A DNA stretch of 64,000 nucleotides from contig JAVJNR010000003.1 of NCBI GenBank assembly GCA_040217195.1, positions 640,001 to 704,000 on the forward strand, written 5' to 3'. Of the stretch, positions 38,298 through 47,754 are shown piece after piece. The position numbers and the translations under genes were made by a program. Position 1 is the stretch's first letter; each line of letters begins with the position of its first letter. Source of the DNA: Leptospiraceae bacterium. GTDB lineage: Bacteria > Spirochaetota > Leptospiria > Leptospirales > Leptonemataceae. The notes below the pieces were generated by a model. The model saw nothing but the letters and a program-made list of their open reading frames with translations, was not told the origin of the DNA and ran no database searches.

Positions 38298-41200
38298 TCA
38301 GATTCCAGTAGAGGTCTTCAGTTCCTCTATCTTTTCGCGAATCTTTGCATTTCTGTCTCCCTCTGGATCCAGACGTTCCGCAGTTGCCAGCATGCGTTCT
38401 GCCCTCTTAAGATTCTTCAAACGCATATAGATATCTGCCAGGAATAAATGAACATGGGGATCCTCCGGCTTTCGCAGACGCAACCTTTCTGCAAAATCCG
38501 CTGCTTTATCAAATTCGCCGGCTTTTCTGTAGAAGCTGGCAGAAGCGAAGATCATTTCCTCATCCTCGGGACGCAGGATACTGTATCGCTCAGAATAGAT
38601 GGCTGCCTTCCAGTATTCGCCCAGCCTGGTAGCCAGCGATGCCATTTTTCGATAAAGAGGGTCCAGGTCTGGAGTATCGGTGGCCACGGCTTCCAACAAG
38701 GTCAGAGCTCCTCGCAGATCCCCCTCGTTTTCCATCTCTCTAGCTTTAAGATACTTCTCTTTATTCTCTCCAGACAACACGGCAGCCTTGGCCGGCCAAT
38801 CCTCTTCGCGATATCCAAGACGCAACAAAGAGAAATCATCCATTAACTCTCCTGTGTTTTGAATCAAATGAAAGATGGCTTCCAGATCTCCTTCCGCTTT
38901 CTCAACATGCTTCAGGAAAATAGTCTCATCTTCGTTGATGATTCTGTGGCCATCACGCTCGCCCATCACCAGATCATCTTTGCCGTCTGATCCGACAAAA
39001 AGTACATCGCCGGGCTTCATCTGTAGAGTTTCCAGGTGTATGCCGCCTTCCACTCCTGTGGTTCCTAGCTTGCGATAATAATTTTTCTCTTCTACGAAAC
39101 TGGCCCCTTTATTTCTGTACAGCACTGCCGTGGGATGCTCAGCATTTATGAAATACACAAGTCCTGTAGCTTCATCCACCAGGCCAAAAATGCCAGAAAT
39201 TAGCATGGAGCCTTCAAAGCTTTCAAACACAGTATGCAGCTCAATGAAGGTATTCTTAAGCCATTTTTCCGGAAAACGATCCCGTTCTACCGGAGACATT
39301 CTGGTTCGCTCAATAATCGATTCCATCACGGAACCCAGTACCAGAGCTCCACTGGCTCCTTGCATGGATTTACCCATCGCATCCACGTTAAAGAAGAAAG
39401 TAAACGGCCGACTCTGCAGATAAATTCTATGAGCACCGCAAAGGTCGCCTCCGATTCGCTCTTTCCAGTGCTTGAACTCAAAGGATTTCTTCTGTTTTAG
39501 AATGAAATCTACAGAAACCGGGCCTTCAGGTACGGTATTGGTACCCAGAGGTTTAATCAGAAGTGAAGTCAGGAAGTAATCTCCATCCTGCTGGTGCTTT
39601 AGCTCTCGCACGGATTTCAGAGTCTCTTCCAGCTCCCGGGTCCGCTCCTGAACTTTCTCTTCTAGCTTGTCCGCGTAATCACGAAGTTCTTTCCTGGCTC
39701 CGCGAATCGACTGAACCATATCATTAAAGCTGCGCGATAGGAATCCAAGCTCATCCTCTACGCCCACCTTTAACTCAACATCCAGATCTCCGTCGTTAAC
39801 TCGACGAACGCCGCTGAGCAGAGATCGAAGGGGTTTCAGGAGCGCTGTATAGAAAAATAGAGGGTAGCCGATTATTACAACACTCATGATGCCCAGAATG
39901 ACAATAATAAAGCTTTCTGCCTGCGGATGAATGAAATGACGGTAGGTCAAATAATCGAAGCCCACTTCATGAATTCCTCCCTGTCGATACACAAGATAGG
40001 AAATAACACGCTGGTCGTTTTCCAGAGTCCGATAGATTCGCTCCCCCCGACCATACATGGGAGTTAGATACTGCATTATGCCTGACTTCAGATCCGATCC
40101 TTCAAGCTCCGAGTTGGCCACGAATTGTTCCATAACACTGGATAGAGGTTCCAGTGTGCCCTGATCCTTTTTCAGAAGTTCCAGAACCTTTGCGCGAAAC
40201 TCATCGTCGGGAAGCTTGCGAATTTTAGATTTGAAATAGGCTCGGTCGGTCACTGTTGCATCCCAGAGATCTACCAGGGAGCGGTTCGAATCCGCCATAA
40301 TCAATGCCATGTAGCCTTTTTGATAGTTTTCCAGGTAAGCGCGTCTGAGAAAAGCCTCTGGATCTCTGGCCTCCATGATCTGCCGCCTGAAGGCTGCATT
40401 CAGATATTCCCGGTCCCATGCTTCCTGCACAGGGGAACTGGACATTGAATTATAATCCACGCTAATCTTTCGCGAATCTGGATCATAATGACTTATGTAG
40501 AGTAAATCGTCTGGACGTTGCTCATCTTCCAGCAGGATCCTCTGAGCCCTTTCATAGTAGATCTTGTCAAAGTCCTTCTCTTTCTCCACAAATACTGGAT
40601 AACTGATTGCCTGGATGGCCAGAAGCGTGGTTGCCAGGCTGATGGCAAAGATTCGCGAAAGTAGTTTACTCTTCTCGCCGGATGTGGAAACAAAAAACAC
40701 CAGGATCCAGAACAATCCGATAACGCCAAGAGTAACCCAGAGAGTCTGGAATAGACCACGATCGATGGCACCGTCGCGGCTCAAAGCGTTAGCCATAGCA
40801 GGCACAATCACTGCAATTACAAAACCAGTATAAACACCAATTGCGCCAATTCGACTAAGTCCTTTCTCCTTGATCATTCTATAGACCGCAGGCACAGTAA
40901 ATAGAATTATGAATCCTAGAATCCACACCGCCACAAAGAGGGATGCCTTATCTGCGGCGAAATCCCAGTAATGCCCTTCGAAATGAAAGATCCTGGGCGC
41001 ATCCAGAGTCTGCCAGGCGAAATTTGCGGTGAGCAGAACACTGAGTACTATAGTAATTCCAAAGTAGAGCCAATACACCCAGCCCACAACAGGCCTGGGA
41101 AAGGACAGGAAATAGGTCCCAAGAAATAAACAGCCAAAGAATGTTGCCAGTACTGTTTGCCACCGGTGAAAGGCAAGGGACGGATCATCGTACGCCGCTG

Positions 41201-41369
41201 AGAAAAAATAGGCCACTCCCATACTGGTATAGAAGATAAATGCGATGGCCAGATTCCAGGTGGCCCGCGATTTTCCTTTGATGCTAAACAGAAAGACGCT
41301 GAAGAATGCAGCGAAAGCTACCATGTTTAGAGCAGCTACTGAGTAATAAGTATGCAGCATGAATTCCAT
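38298..41369 (-). CDS. Membrane sensor with HAMP, SpoIIE (PP2C) phosphatase and TPR domains
   Basis: N-terminal TMs; DELG.L..SFN.M (HAMP); QQDGDYFLTSLL, GGD, DAMGKS, GSDG.DD, DDFS; TPR-like tail. Confidence 0.88.
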   Translation of the reverse strand: MEFMLHTYYSVAALNMVAFAAFFSVFLFSIKGKSRATWNLAIAFIFYTSMGVAYFFSAAYDDPSLAFHRWQTVLATFFGCLFLGTYFLSFPRPVVGWVYWLYFGITIVLSVLLTANFAWQTLDAPRIFHFEGHYWDFAADKASLFVAVWILGFIILFTVPAVYRMIKEKGLSRIGAIGVYTGFVIAVIVPAMANALSRDGAIDRGLFQTLWVTLGVIGLFWILVFFVSTSGEKSKLLSRIFAISLATTLLAIQAISYPVFVEKEKDFDKIYYERAQRILLEDEQRPDDLLYISHYDPDSRKISVDYNSMSSSPVQEAWDREYLNAAFRRQIMEARDPEAFLRRAYLENYQKGYMALIMADSNRSLVDLWDATVTDRAYFKSKIRKLPDDEFRAKVLELLKKDQGTLEPLSSVMEQFVANSELEGSDLKSGIMQYLTPMYGRGERIYRTLENDQRVISYLVYRQGGIHEVGFDYLTYRHFIHPQAESFIIVILGIMSVVIIGYPLFFYTALLKPLRSLLSGVRRVNDGDLDVELKVGVEDELGFLSRSFNDMVQSIRGARKELRDYADKLEEKVQERTRELEETLKSVRELKHQQDGDYFLTSLLIKPLGTNTVPEGPVSVDFILKQKKSFEFKHWKERIGGDLCGAHRIYLQSRPFTFFFNVDAMGKSMQGASGALVLGSVMESIIERTRMSPVERDRFPEKWLKNTFIELHTVFESFEGSMLISGIFGLVDEATGLVYFINAEHPTAVLYRNKGASFVEEKNYYRKLGTTGVEGGIHLETLQMKPGDVLFVGSDGKDDLVMGERDGHRIINEDETIFLKHVEKAEGDLEAIFHLIQNTGELMDDFSLLRLGYREEDWPAKAAVLSGENKEKYLKAREMENEGDLRGALTLLEAVATDTPDLDPLYRKMASLATRLGEYWKAAIYSERYSILRPEDEEMIFASASFYRKAGEFDKAADFAERLRLRKPEDPHVHLFLADIYMRLKNLKRAERMLATAERLDPEGDRNAKIREKIEELKTSTGI

Positions 41370-41857
41370 CCTTTGAGGCCGCCAGACCCGAGCATACTGA
41401 GTCTAAGAGTCTCAGGGAGCAACGGTGCGGACCTGAAACAGGGGTCTTTATTCCCTATCGGCAAATCTCTTCTCGGAATCCTCCTCTTGCTTTTGGACTC
41501 TGTAAACAGTTTTAGTGCACAGTTAGTGTAAAAAGCGATCAGGCCCAAATAGCAACAAAGTAAGATTCAACACAGTATCTATCCCACGCTATTGCTGGCC
41601 CGGCTTCAAGCCATGATTCCGAATAGGCCCTTGAAATTGGACGATAAAGACCATTCGTTCCATACCCGGGTGCAAATCTGCTTCCATGGCGCTGCTTTTG
41701 GAGCCCAATTTCGGGCAGTTTGGCATTCCTGGATTTCAAGCCAGGGCATCTGGAAATATTGCGGGATGGCCTGGAATGTCCGGGAATCCGCCCTGTAATG
41801 GACAGGTTGCCTTTACACTGTGCGCTGCTGCCGGAATCCAGTAATCTGGAGTTAGTA

Positions 41858-43234
41858 ATGTCCCTTAAATCCATCAATCCGGCCAATGAAGAGATTATTC
41901 AGGAATACGAGCAACACACGGATAGTCAGATAGAGTCTATTCTTGAAAGGTCGCAGCAATCCTATTTCCGAATGGTTGCCCGCGGACCGGCGCCCTCGGA
42001 ACAAATTCTGTCATCGGTGCAAAAAATGGCCTCGATTCTCAATGATAGGGCGGATGAATTTGCAAAATTGATCACTGCTGAAATGGGAAAGCCCATCAGC
42101 CAGTCTGTAGCCGAGGTGAAGAAATGTGCAGGTCTCTGTGAATATTATGCAGAGAATGCATCCTCATTCCTTGATCCCAGACAGGCCAGTACAGAGAGCT
42201 TCAAAAGCTATGTTCGATACGATCCAATTGGGCCCGTGCTTGCAATCATGCCCTGGAATTTTCCATTCTGGCAGGTCTTTCGAGCGGCGGTGCCAGCCAT
42301 CTGCGCCGGAAATCCGGTTATCCTGAAGCATGCCTCCAATGTTACAGGCTCGGCTCTTAAGGTTGCTGAGATCTTTTTAGAGGCCGAGATTCCAGAGGAT
42401 CTATTCCAGGTACTACTAATTCCTGGATCAAAAATGGAAGCTATAGTGGCCCATCCCGCGATTCGAGGTGTGAGTCTAACAGGCAGCGAAGCAGCCGGAC
42501 GTTCTGTGGCCGGCCTGGCAGGTCAGAATCTAAAAAAATGTGTTCTGGAACTGGGAGGCAGCGATCCATTCATCGTTTTGAAAGATGCAAACCTCGAAAA
42601 AGCAGCCAGGACAGCCGCCCAGGCTAGATGTATTAATTCTGGTCAGAGCTGCATCGCCGCCAAACGATTCATCGTGGAGGAGTCTGTAAGCGAATCCTTC
42701 ATTGAGCATTTCCGCAAGGCCCTGGAGGATTTAAAGGTTGGATCCCCCACGGATGAAGATACAGACATTGGTCCACTGGCCCGGAAAGATTTGCGGGATG
42801 ATCTACATGAACAATTACAGCGAAGTATTCAGGAAGGGGCCCAGCTTCTTCTGGGCGGCAAGCCCCAGGATGGGCCAGGATATTTCTATACAACTACGCT
42901 CATTCAATCGGATTCCATTTACAACCATGCATTGCAGGATGAAACCTTTGGCCCCCTGGCAGCTGTAATCGTTTCAAAAGATGAAAGTGAAGCTGTGGAA
43001 CTGGCCAACCAGAGTCGCTTTGGCCTGGGTGGCAGCCTCTGGACCCAGGATTTAGAAAAAGCAGAATTGCTGGTTCGAGAATTGGAAACTGGAAGCGTCA
43101 CCGTAAATGATTTGCTTCGCTCCGATGTGCGAATGCCATTTGGAGGAATCAAGGATTCTGGATTTGGGCGAGAAATGGGCCCGGAAGGTATCCTTGAATT
43201 CGTGAACCAGAAATCCATTCGAATCAACAAGTAA
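41858..43234 (+). CDS. NAD(P)-dependent succinate-semialdehyde dehydrogenase-like aldehyde dehydrogenase
   Basis: IMPWNFPFWQ, LTGSE.AG, LELGGSDP, GQSCIAAKR, ETFGP, PFGGIK.SG. Confidence 0.9.
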   Translation: MSLKSINPANEEIIQEYEQHTDSQIESILERSQQSYFRMVARGPAPSEQILSSVQKMASILNDRADEFAKLITAEMGKPISQSVAEVKKCAGLCEYYAENASSFLDPRQASTESFKSYVRYDPIGPVLAIMPWNFPFWQVFRAAVPAICAGNPVILKHASNVTGSALKVAEIFLEAEIPEDLFQVLLIPGSKMEAIVAHPAIRGVSLTGSEAAGRSVAGLAGQNLKKCVLELGGSDPFIVLKDANLEKAARTAAQARCINSGQSCIAAKRFIVEESVSESFIEHFRKALEDLKVGSPTDEDTDIGPLARKDLRDDLHEQLQRSIQEGAQLLLGGKPQDGPGYFYTTTLIQSDSIYNHALQDETFGPLAAVIVSKDESEAVELANQSRFGLGGSLWTQDLEKAELLVRELETGSVTVNDLLRSDVRMPFGGIKDSGFGREMGPEGILEFVNQKSIRINK

Positions 43235-43312
43235 GCAGCAATACACTCTCAATGGTTTTCCCTGACGCAGCTCTGACCGCCCGGTGCACCTTATTGGTAA
43301 GGCTAGCCGTAC

Positions 43313-43341
43313 AAAAAAAGAGCCGCCTTTTACAAGGCGGC
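43313..43341 (-). terminator. Intrinsic terminator of the porin gene
   Basis: gccgcctt-ttac-aaggcggc preceded by an A-run on + (U-tract on -). Confidence 0.75.
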
Positions 43342-43373
43342 CAGAGCGACAGATCGGAAGATTCTAAATTAAA

Positions 43374-44504
43374 TTAGAAGCTCGTGCTATATCCCAGCGA
43401 TACATAGTATACAACTGAGGGAAGCTTTTGACGCGGTGTGTAAGTCCAGTTACCGGACGGATCAACTGAAGTGGACACCAGGCTGTTGAAATAGCTGTTA
43501 GAGAGACCAGTAGTTTTACTGGGATCTTCAACCATGCCATCAAATCCAGTGGATCCACCGTTAACCCATGCCAGGCCGTTCTTACCAGCTGTATCACCGT
43601 CGAACCAGGATAGGTCCGGACGATACACTGCGTTCAGTCCAATTGAGAAGTTGCCGAATCCCAGAGATACTCCAGCATCCACATTTCTCCAGTTCTGATA
43701 ACCGCTTGCTGTTTGATAACCAGCACCAACGTTGAAACCTACACTCATGCTATCGGAAAGATCCATTCCGTAATCGTAACCGATGTAGCTGTAAGTAGTT
43801 CCTTCGCTACCATCGCCGTTTACTTCAGCGTAGTAGGTCAGACTAATTGATCCAGCCTCTTCGGGTAGAATAGCAGGAGAGAAGCCAACGAAGAATTCAG
43901 TGAATTGGTCAGCACCCACAACACCGGTAGTAGTGTTGGGCAGAACGTAGGCAATAATACCGCCGCTCATAGTTCCAAATTTGCTATCAACTTCATAACC
44001 CAGAGTCAGGTCCACTTCATCAAAACGACGCAGACCGTTCGCTTCGTTATAGAGACCGGGAGCCTGATAGGTTCCATTAGCAATCTGAGTGGCAGTAGGG
44101 CCTGTTCCTGTTACCGCTGCAATTTCTGCAGTAGTAGCTGAAAGAACGTTAACCCCGGCTCCTGGGCCAGATGCTCCTGGACCTGTTTGATACAGACCAT
44201 CGGTATCTACGTCTTCACGTCCGGTTAGAGCAAAGGAAGTCCATACGTTAAAGAACATTCCATTGTCCAAATTAAAGTTGATGCTCGGCTGGAAGGCCGG
44301 AGCCAAATTGAAACCGGAGATTTTCTCTCCGTCCTGGCTGAACTTACCCTGATATAGATCGGATCCACGGAAAATGTAGCTAGAGACTACGGTAGCATCA
44401 ACATCGATGCCAGGTTCCGCCTGGACCGTACCTGCTGTTAGCAGTACTGAACCAATCAGGATAGAGGACCAGGTTTTCTTAATTGCACTTCTTCTGGTTT
44501 CCAA
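43374..44504 (-). CDS. Outer-membrane beta-barrel, TorF-like putative porin
   Basis: TTG start after AGGAGG; signal peptide VQA; SSYIFRG, PAFQP, EVDLTLGY; C-terminal YYVSLGYSTSF. Confidence 0.75.
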   Translation of the reverse strand: METRRSAIKKTWSSILIGSVLLTAGTVQAEPGIDVDATVVSSYIFRGSDLYQGKFSQDGEKISGFNLAPAFQPSINFNLDNGMFFNVWTSFALTGREDVDTDGLYQTGPGASGPGAGVNVLSATTAEIAAVTGTGPTATQIANGTYQAPGLYNEANGLRRFDEVDLTLGYEVDSKFGTMSGGIIAYVLPNTTTGVVGADQFTEFFVGFSPAILPEEAGSISLTYYAEVNGDGSEGTTYSYIGYDYGMDLSDSMSVGFNVGAGYQTASGYQNWRNVDAGVSLGFGNFSIGLNAVYRPDLSWFDGDTAGKNGLAWVNGGSTGFDGMVEDPSKTTGLSNSYFNSLVSTSVDPSGNWTYTPRQKLPSVVYYVSLGYSTSF

Positions 44505-44536
44505 GGTGTTATCCTCCTGTGTTTTGCCCCTAGCAA

Positions 44537-44553
44537 TGCAGGAACCGTGCCAA
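44537..44553 (-). promoter_or_regulatory. Sigma54 (-24/-12) promoter
   Basis: Minus strand TTGGCACGGTTCCTGCA = GG-N10-GC, just upstream of the porin RBS. Confidence 0.7.
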
Positions 44554-45039
44554 CAATATTGGTGCACATGGACCATTTGGTAGGGGGCAGAAAGCCCAAG
44601 GTGCCCTGAAACTGGACTTCTGCCTACTAAATAAGCATCTCGCCTTAAATAATTTCGCATCCGAAGTCAAAATTTCCAGGCGTTCCGTGCACTCCACTGG
44701 ATCTGGAGGCATTCCCCGAATCTATTGCTGCGCTCCCGGTCCTTTTTTCTAATTCTTCACCGAATTTCTGGAAATTTTTTGCGGTAACCAATGTTCCGCA
44801 TATCTTATACTCATGCCCACGCAGAAAACAGAAGAAGATACCGCACTACATAGCTGCCCCTTAACCTGCAGCGTCGAAAGTCTTAATGTTGAATACAAAA
44901 ACAGATTGAGTATGTTTTAGATCTCTGGAACAGGCTGCAATTCGGAGCCGGACAATACCTGTAATGATTTGCAGATCCGATTAGAAGCGCTAAAAAAGGA
45001 ATTGCCTCAAACCATAACTCTTTCGACATCTAATGGAAG

Positions 45040-46215
45040 ATGTCCGAGCCCGTTCAAGAAAGAGACCTGGAGTACCTGTACAGCGCAGACAAGATTCAGC
45101 ATCTGCTGGCCCGACATCTAAAAGGCCGCACCATGTTCTTAAAAGGGCAGGATCCTCCTGCAGAGGCGCTGGTCCATGAGTTTGACCTGAATAATCGAAT
45201 TCTTCTGGAAAGCCGCAAACTTACCCTGGAGCCAGAGATGAAGCTCCAGCTGTTTCGAATTCTTGGACGTTATATTGAACTACACTGTGAAGTACTCAAA
45301 GTAAATGGTGATCACAAGTTTAGCATTCAAGTAGTTAGCGCAGCCATTGCAAAAAAAGAGCGATCCAACATGCGGGTAGCTCTGAATGCTGATCAGGCCC
45401 ATATAACAAACATACTGGCCAGTCGCCATACAATCGACACCGATACGTTGACCATTCCCACATCTGTCAAAGTGGGCTTTGGAGAGTATGAGCAGATTTT
45501 AAAAAAAGAATTTGAAAATGTTAAGATCGATGCATTTGGAAAGCGGGGCACCTGGCTGGATCAGGTAAAAAAACAAAGCAAATCTATCTATATACCCAAT
45601 ACAGAGGATCCCCATACCTACAGACCCGCGGATAACCGTTGCCTGGATGCATCAGCCATACTTGGAAAGAAGCTCCAGGAAAAGATAATCGAATATAGAA
45701 ATCATAAAGTCCGGGCAGAAGCTATTGTTCCTGTTATCTATACCACTCATGATCGCAGCACCATCCCTATTGGTTATATTCATGTGCAGAGTCGAAGAGA
45801 AGCATTCCCGGAAGGAACCCTGGACCGACTCTATACCGCTTCAGCAGATATGGTTGAGAAAATTCGCGGATCGAACACGGTTATGATCAAGGAAAGGCAG
45901 CAGGTACTGAACGTTTCCCGTGGAGGAATACGAGTGCGAATTACGCACGATGAACTTCGCACCTATCTAGCCCGTCAAAACGGATTCACCTTCGATCTTG
46001 TTTTTCGTATGCAGGCCCCAATTACTCTTTTTGGCCAGATCCGATCGCAGAAGAAGATGGCATCCGGCGAACTATTGCTCGGGGTTCAAATCGCCGGCAA
46101 CTCCAATGAAGCCAGTTACAAGCGCTTTCTGGGCAATGTGGACAAACTGGAGCAGGAAACCAGAGCTCGGCTGGAAGCGAAAAAACAACAGGCTCGACGA
46201 ACAAAATCAAGTTAG
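45040..46215 (+). CDS. DUF1577-like / PilZ-related spirochaete protein
   Basis: ILGRYIEL, AKKERS..R, PIGYI, KIR.SNT, NVSRGG, FDLVF.MQAPIT. Confidence 0.7.
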   Translation: MSEPVQERDLEYLYSADKIQHLLARHLKGRTMFLKGQDPPAEALVHEFDLNNRILLESRKLTLEPEMKLQLFRILGRYIELHCEVLKVNGDHKFSIQVVSAAIAKKERSNMRVALNADQAHITNILASRHTIDTDTLTIPTSVKVGFGEYEQILKKEFENVKIDAFGKRGTWLDQVKKQSKSIYIPNTEDPHTYRPADNRCLDASAILGKKLQEKIIEYRNHKVRAEAIVPVIYTTHDRSTIPIGYIHVQSRREAFPEGTLDRLYTASADMVEKIRGSNTVMIKERQQVLNVSRGGIRVRITHDELRTYLARQNGFTFDLVFRMQAPITLFGQIRSQKKMASGELLLGVQIAGNSNEASYKRFLGNVDKLEQETRARLEAKKQQARRTKSS

Positions 46216-46266
46216 ATGCGGAATGCTCCGATTAATTCAGCTCAGCGAGGCAGCACAGGACGCTTC

Positions 46267-47184
46267 ATGCGGCATTTTAATTCAGGTTACTTTCCAGGTT
46301 TCCAGTTTCTATTTCCTGTATTGCTGATCCTTCTTTCCTGCGAAGCTCGAATCACGACTCGGCCCGGTGCAGACGTGGATGTACAGAGGGCCCGGCAGGG
46401 CAATCGACCGCTGATGGTTCCCGATTACCGACGGGCAAATACAGCCCTTCGGGGAATCTATACTGAACTACCGGAGCCCACAATCTACTGCAATTGCAAC
46501 TTTGATCCGAAAGGAAAATGGGCTCCAGCTACAGGATGCTCCTTTTCGCCTAGGGATCCGGCAGACAGAGACATTAGATATAAAGTTCACTGGGAGCATG
46601 TGGTCCCGGCTTCACGATTGGCAGAGGGGCGATCCTGCTGGGATGACGATCCATGTATTCGAGGAAATGGAAAAAGATACGGAGGTCGCAGCTGCTGTAG
46701 AAAAACGGATACTCTGTTTCGCGCCATGGAAGCAGATTTGCACAATCTTAGACCGGCCATTGGAGAAATAAATCGTCACAGACAGAACTATTCTTTTGAA
46801 GAAATACCAGGCGAAGATAGGATCTACGGTGCCTGCGATATGGAAATCTCATCGAATACAAAGACTGCAGAACCGCCGGAATCTTCTCGCGGCCTCATAG
46901 CCCGTACTTATCTTTATATGGATGCTGTTTATGGCATTGGGCTTACGTATGAGGAGCGAAAGCTTTATGAAAACTGGCATCGATTGTATCGGCCCACTTC
47001 AGCTGAAGTGGCCAGGGATATTGCTATTCGTGAACTCCAGGGAAATTCCAATCCATTCATCTACGATTACAGACCTGAAGCCCAGGTTTCTGAAGCCGGG
47101 CAGCCAATTGATCCGGACTATGAGACTGTAGATGACAAAATGGAGGCGGGAAACTCTAATCGCGGTTCATGCCTTCTTCAATAA
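46267..47184 (+). CDS. Endonuclease I (EndA/Dns/Vvn family), exported
   Basis: TIYC.C.F, WEHVVPAS, MEADLHNL.PAIGEIN..R.N, EPP...RG.IAR.Y.YM, QGN.NPF. Confidence 0.9.
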   Translation: MRHFNSGYFPGFQFLFPVLLILLSCEARITTRPGADVDVQRARQGNRPLMVPDYRRANTALRGIYTELPEPTIYCNCNFDPKGKWAPATGCSFSPRDPADRDIRYKVHWEHVVPASRLAEGRSCWDDDPCIRGNGKRYGGRSCCRKTDTLFRAMEADLHNLRPAIGEINRHRQNYSFEEIPGEDRIYGACDMEISSNTKTAEPPESSRGLIARTYLYMDAVYGIGLTYEERKLYENWHRLYRPTSAEVARDIAIRELQGNSNPFIYDYRPEAQVSEAGQPIDPDYETVDDKMEAGNSNRGSCLLQ

Positions 47185-47752
47185 AATCAGACTTCTTGAA
47201 CATGCTAAGTAGTTCCACAGATTCCTGAGCCAGAGCCTCCTGCCCCCCTTCCTGGCGGTCTACGATGCAGAGTGCCTGATTCACAACAAATCCGGCCTCC
47301 CTCAGAGCTTTGATCGCCTTAAGGGTGCTACCCCCTGTTGTGATCACATCGTCCAGGGCCAGAACAGTGGCTCCCTTCAAAGTTTCCACTTCGCCTTCGA
47401 TTTGTTTTCCTGTACCGTGTCCCTTGGCCTCCTTTCGCACAATCAAAGGATAGCATGTATGATTTCGCCTTAGACACTCCAGACTCAGGCCGTAGGAAAT
47501 GGGGTCCGCCCCCAGGGTCAGTCCTCCGACGGCAGAAGGTAACCTCATCCGATTATTTCCGAAGAAATCATCATAGATGTTTTCGCATAGCAGGGCAAGC
47601 CTGGATGGATGTAACGTAATCTTCTTGCAATTGAAGTAGTGATGAGACGTTTTGCCTGAAGCTAATGTAATAGGATCCTGCCTGTAAGCATAGGCATGAT
47701 CCTTGATCAGATTATATAAAGAATTCGCATCGGACGCAGAACCGGGAGTCAT
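47156..47752 (-). CDS. pyrE: Orotate phosphoribosyltransferase
   Basis: LASGK.S..Y, GGLTLGADP, RKEAKGHGT, LDDVITTGGS. Confidence 0.95.
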   Translation of the reverse strand: MTPGSASDANSLYNLIKDHAYAYRQDPITLASGKTSHHYFNCKKITLHPSRLALLCENIYDDFFGNNRMRLPSAVGGLTLGADPISYGLSLECLRRNHTCYPLIVRKEAKGHGTGKQIEGEVETLKGATVLALDDVITTGGSTLKAIKALREAGFVVNQALCIVDRQEGGQEALAQESVELLSMFKKSDFIEEGMNRD

Positions 47753-47754
47753 AG

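Noticed and set aside
44505..44660. Extended N-terminus of the porin ORF
   Set aside because: The region contains the RBS and sigma54 site; the TTG at 44504 gives a proper signal peptide
46267..47184. Nuclease as part of an anti-phage defence system
   Set aside because: An exported EndA-type nuclease with a signal peptide and no defence-associated neighbours
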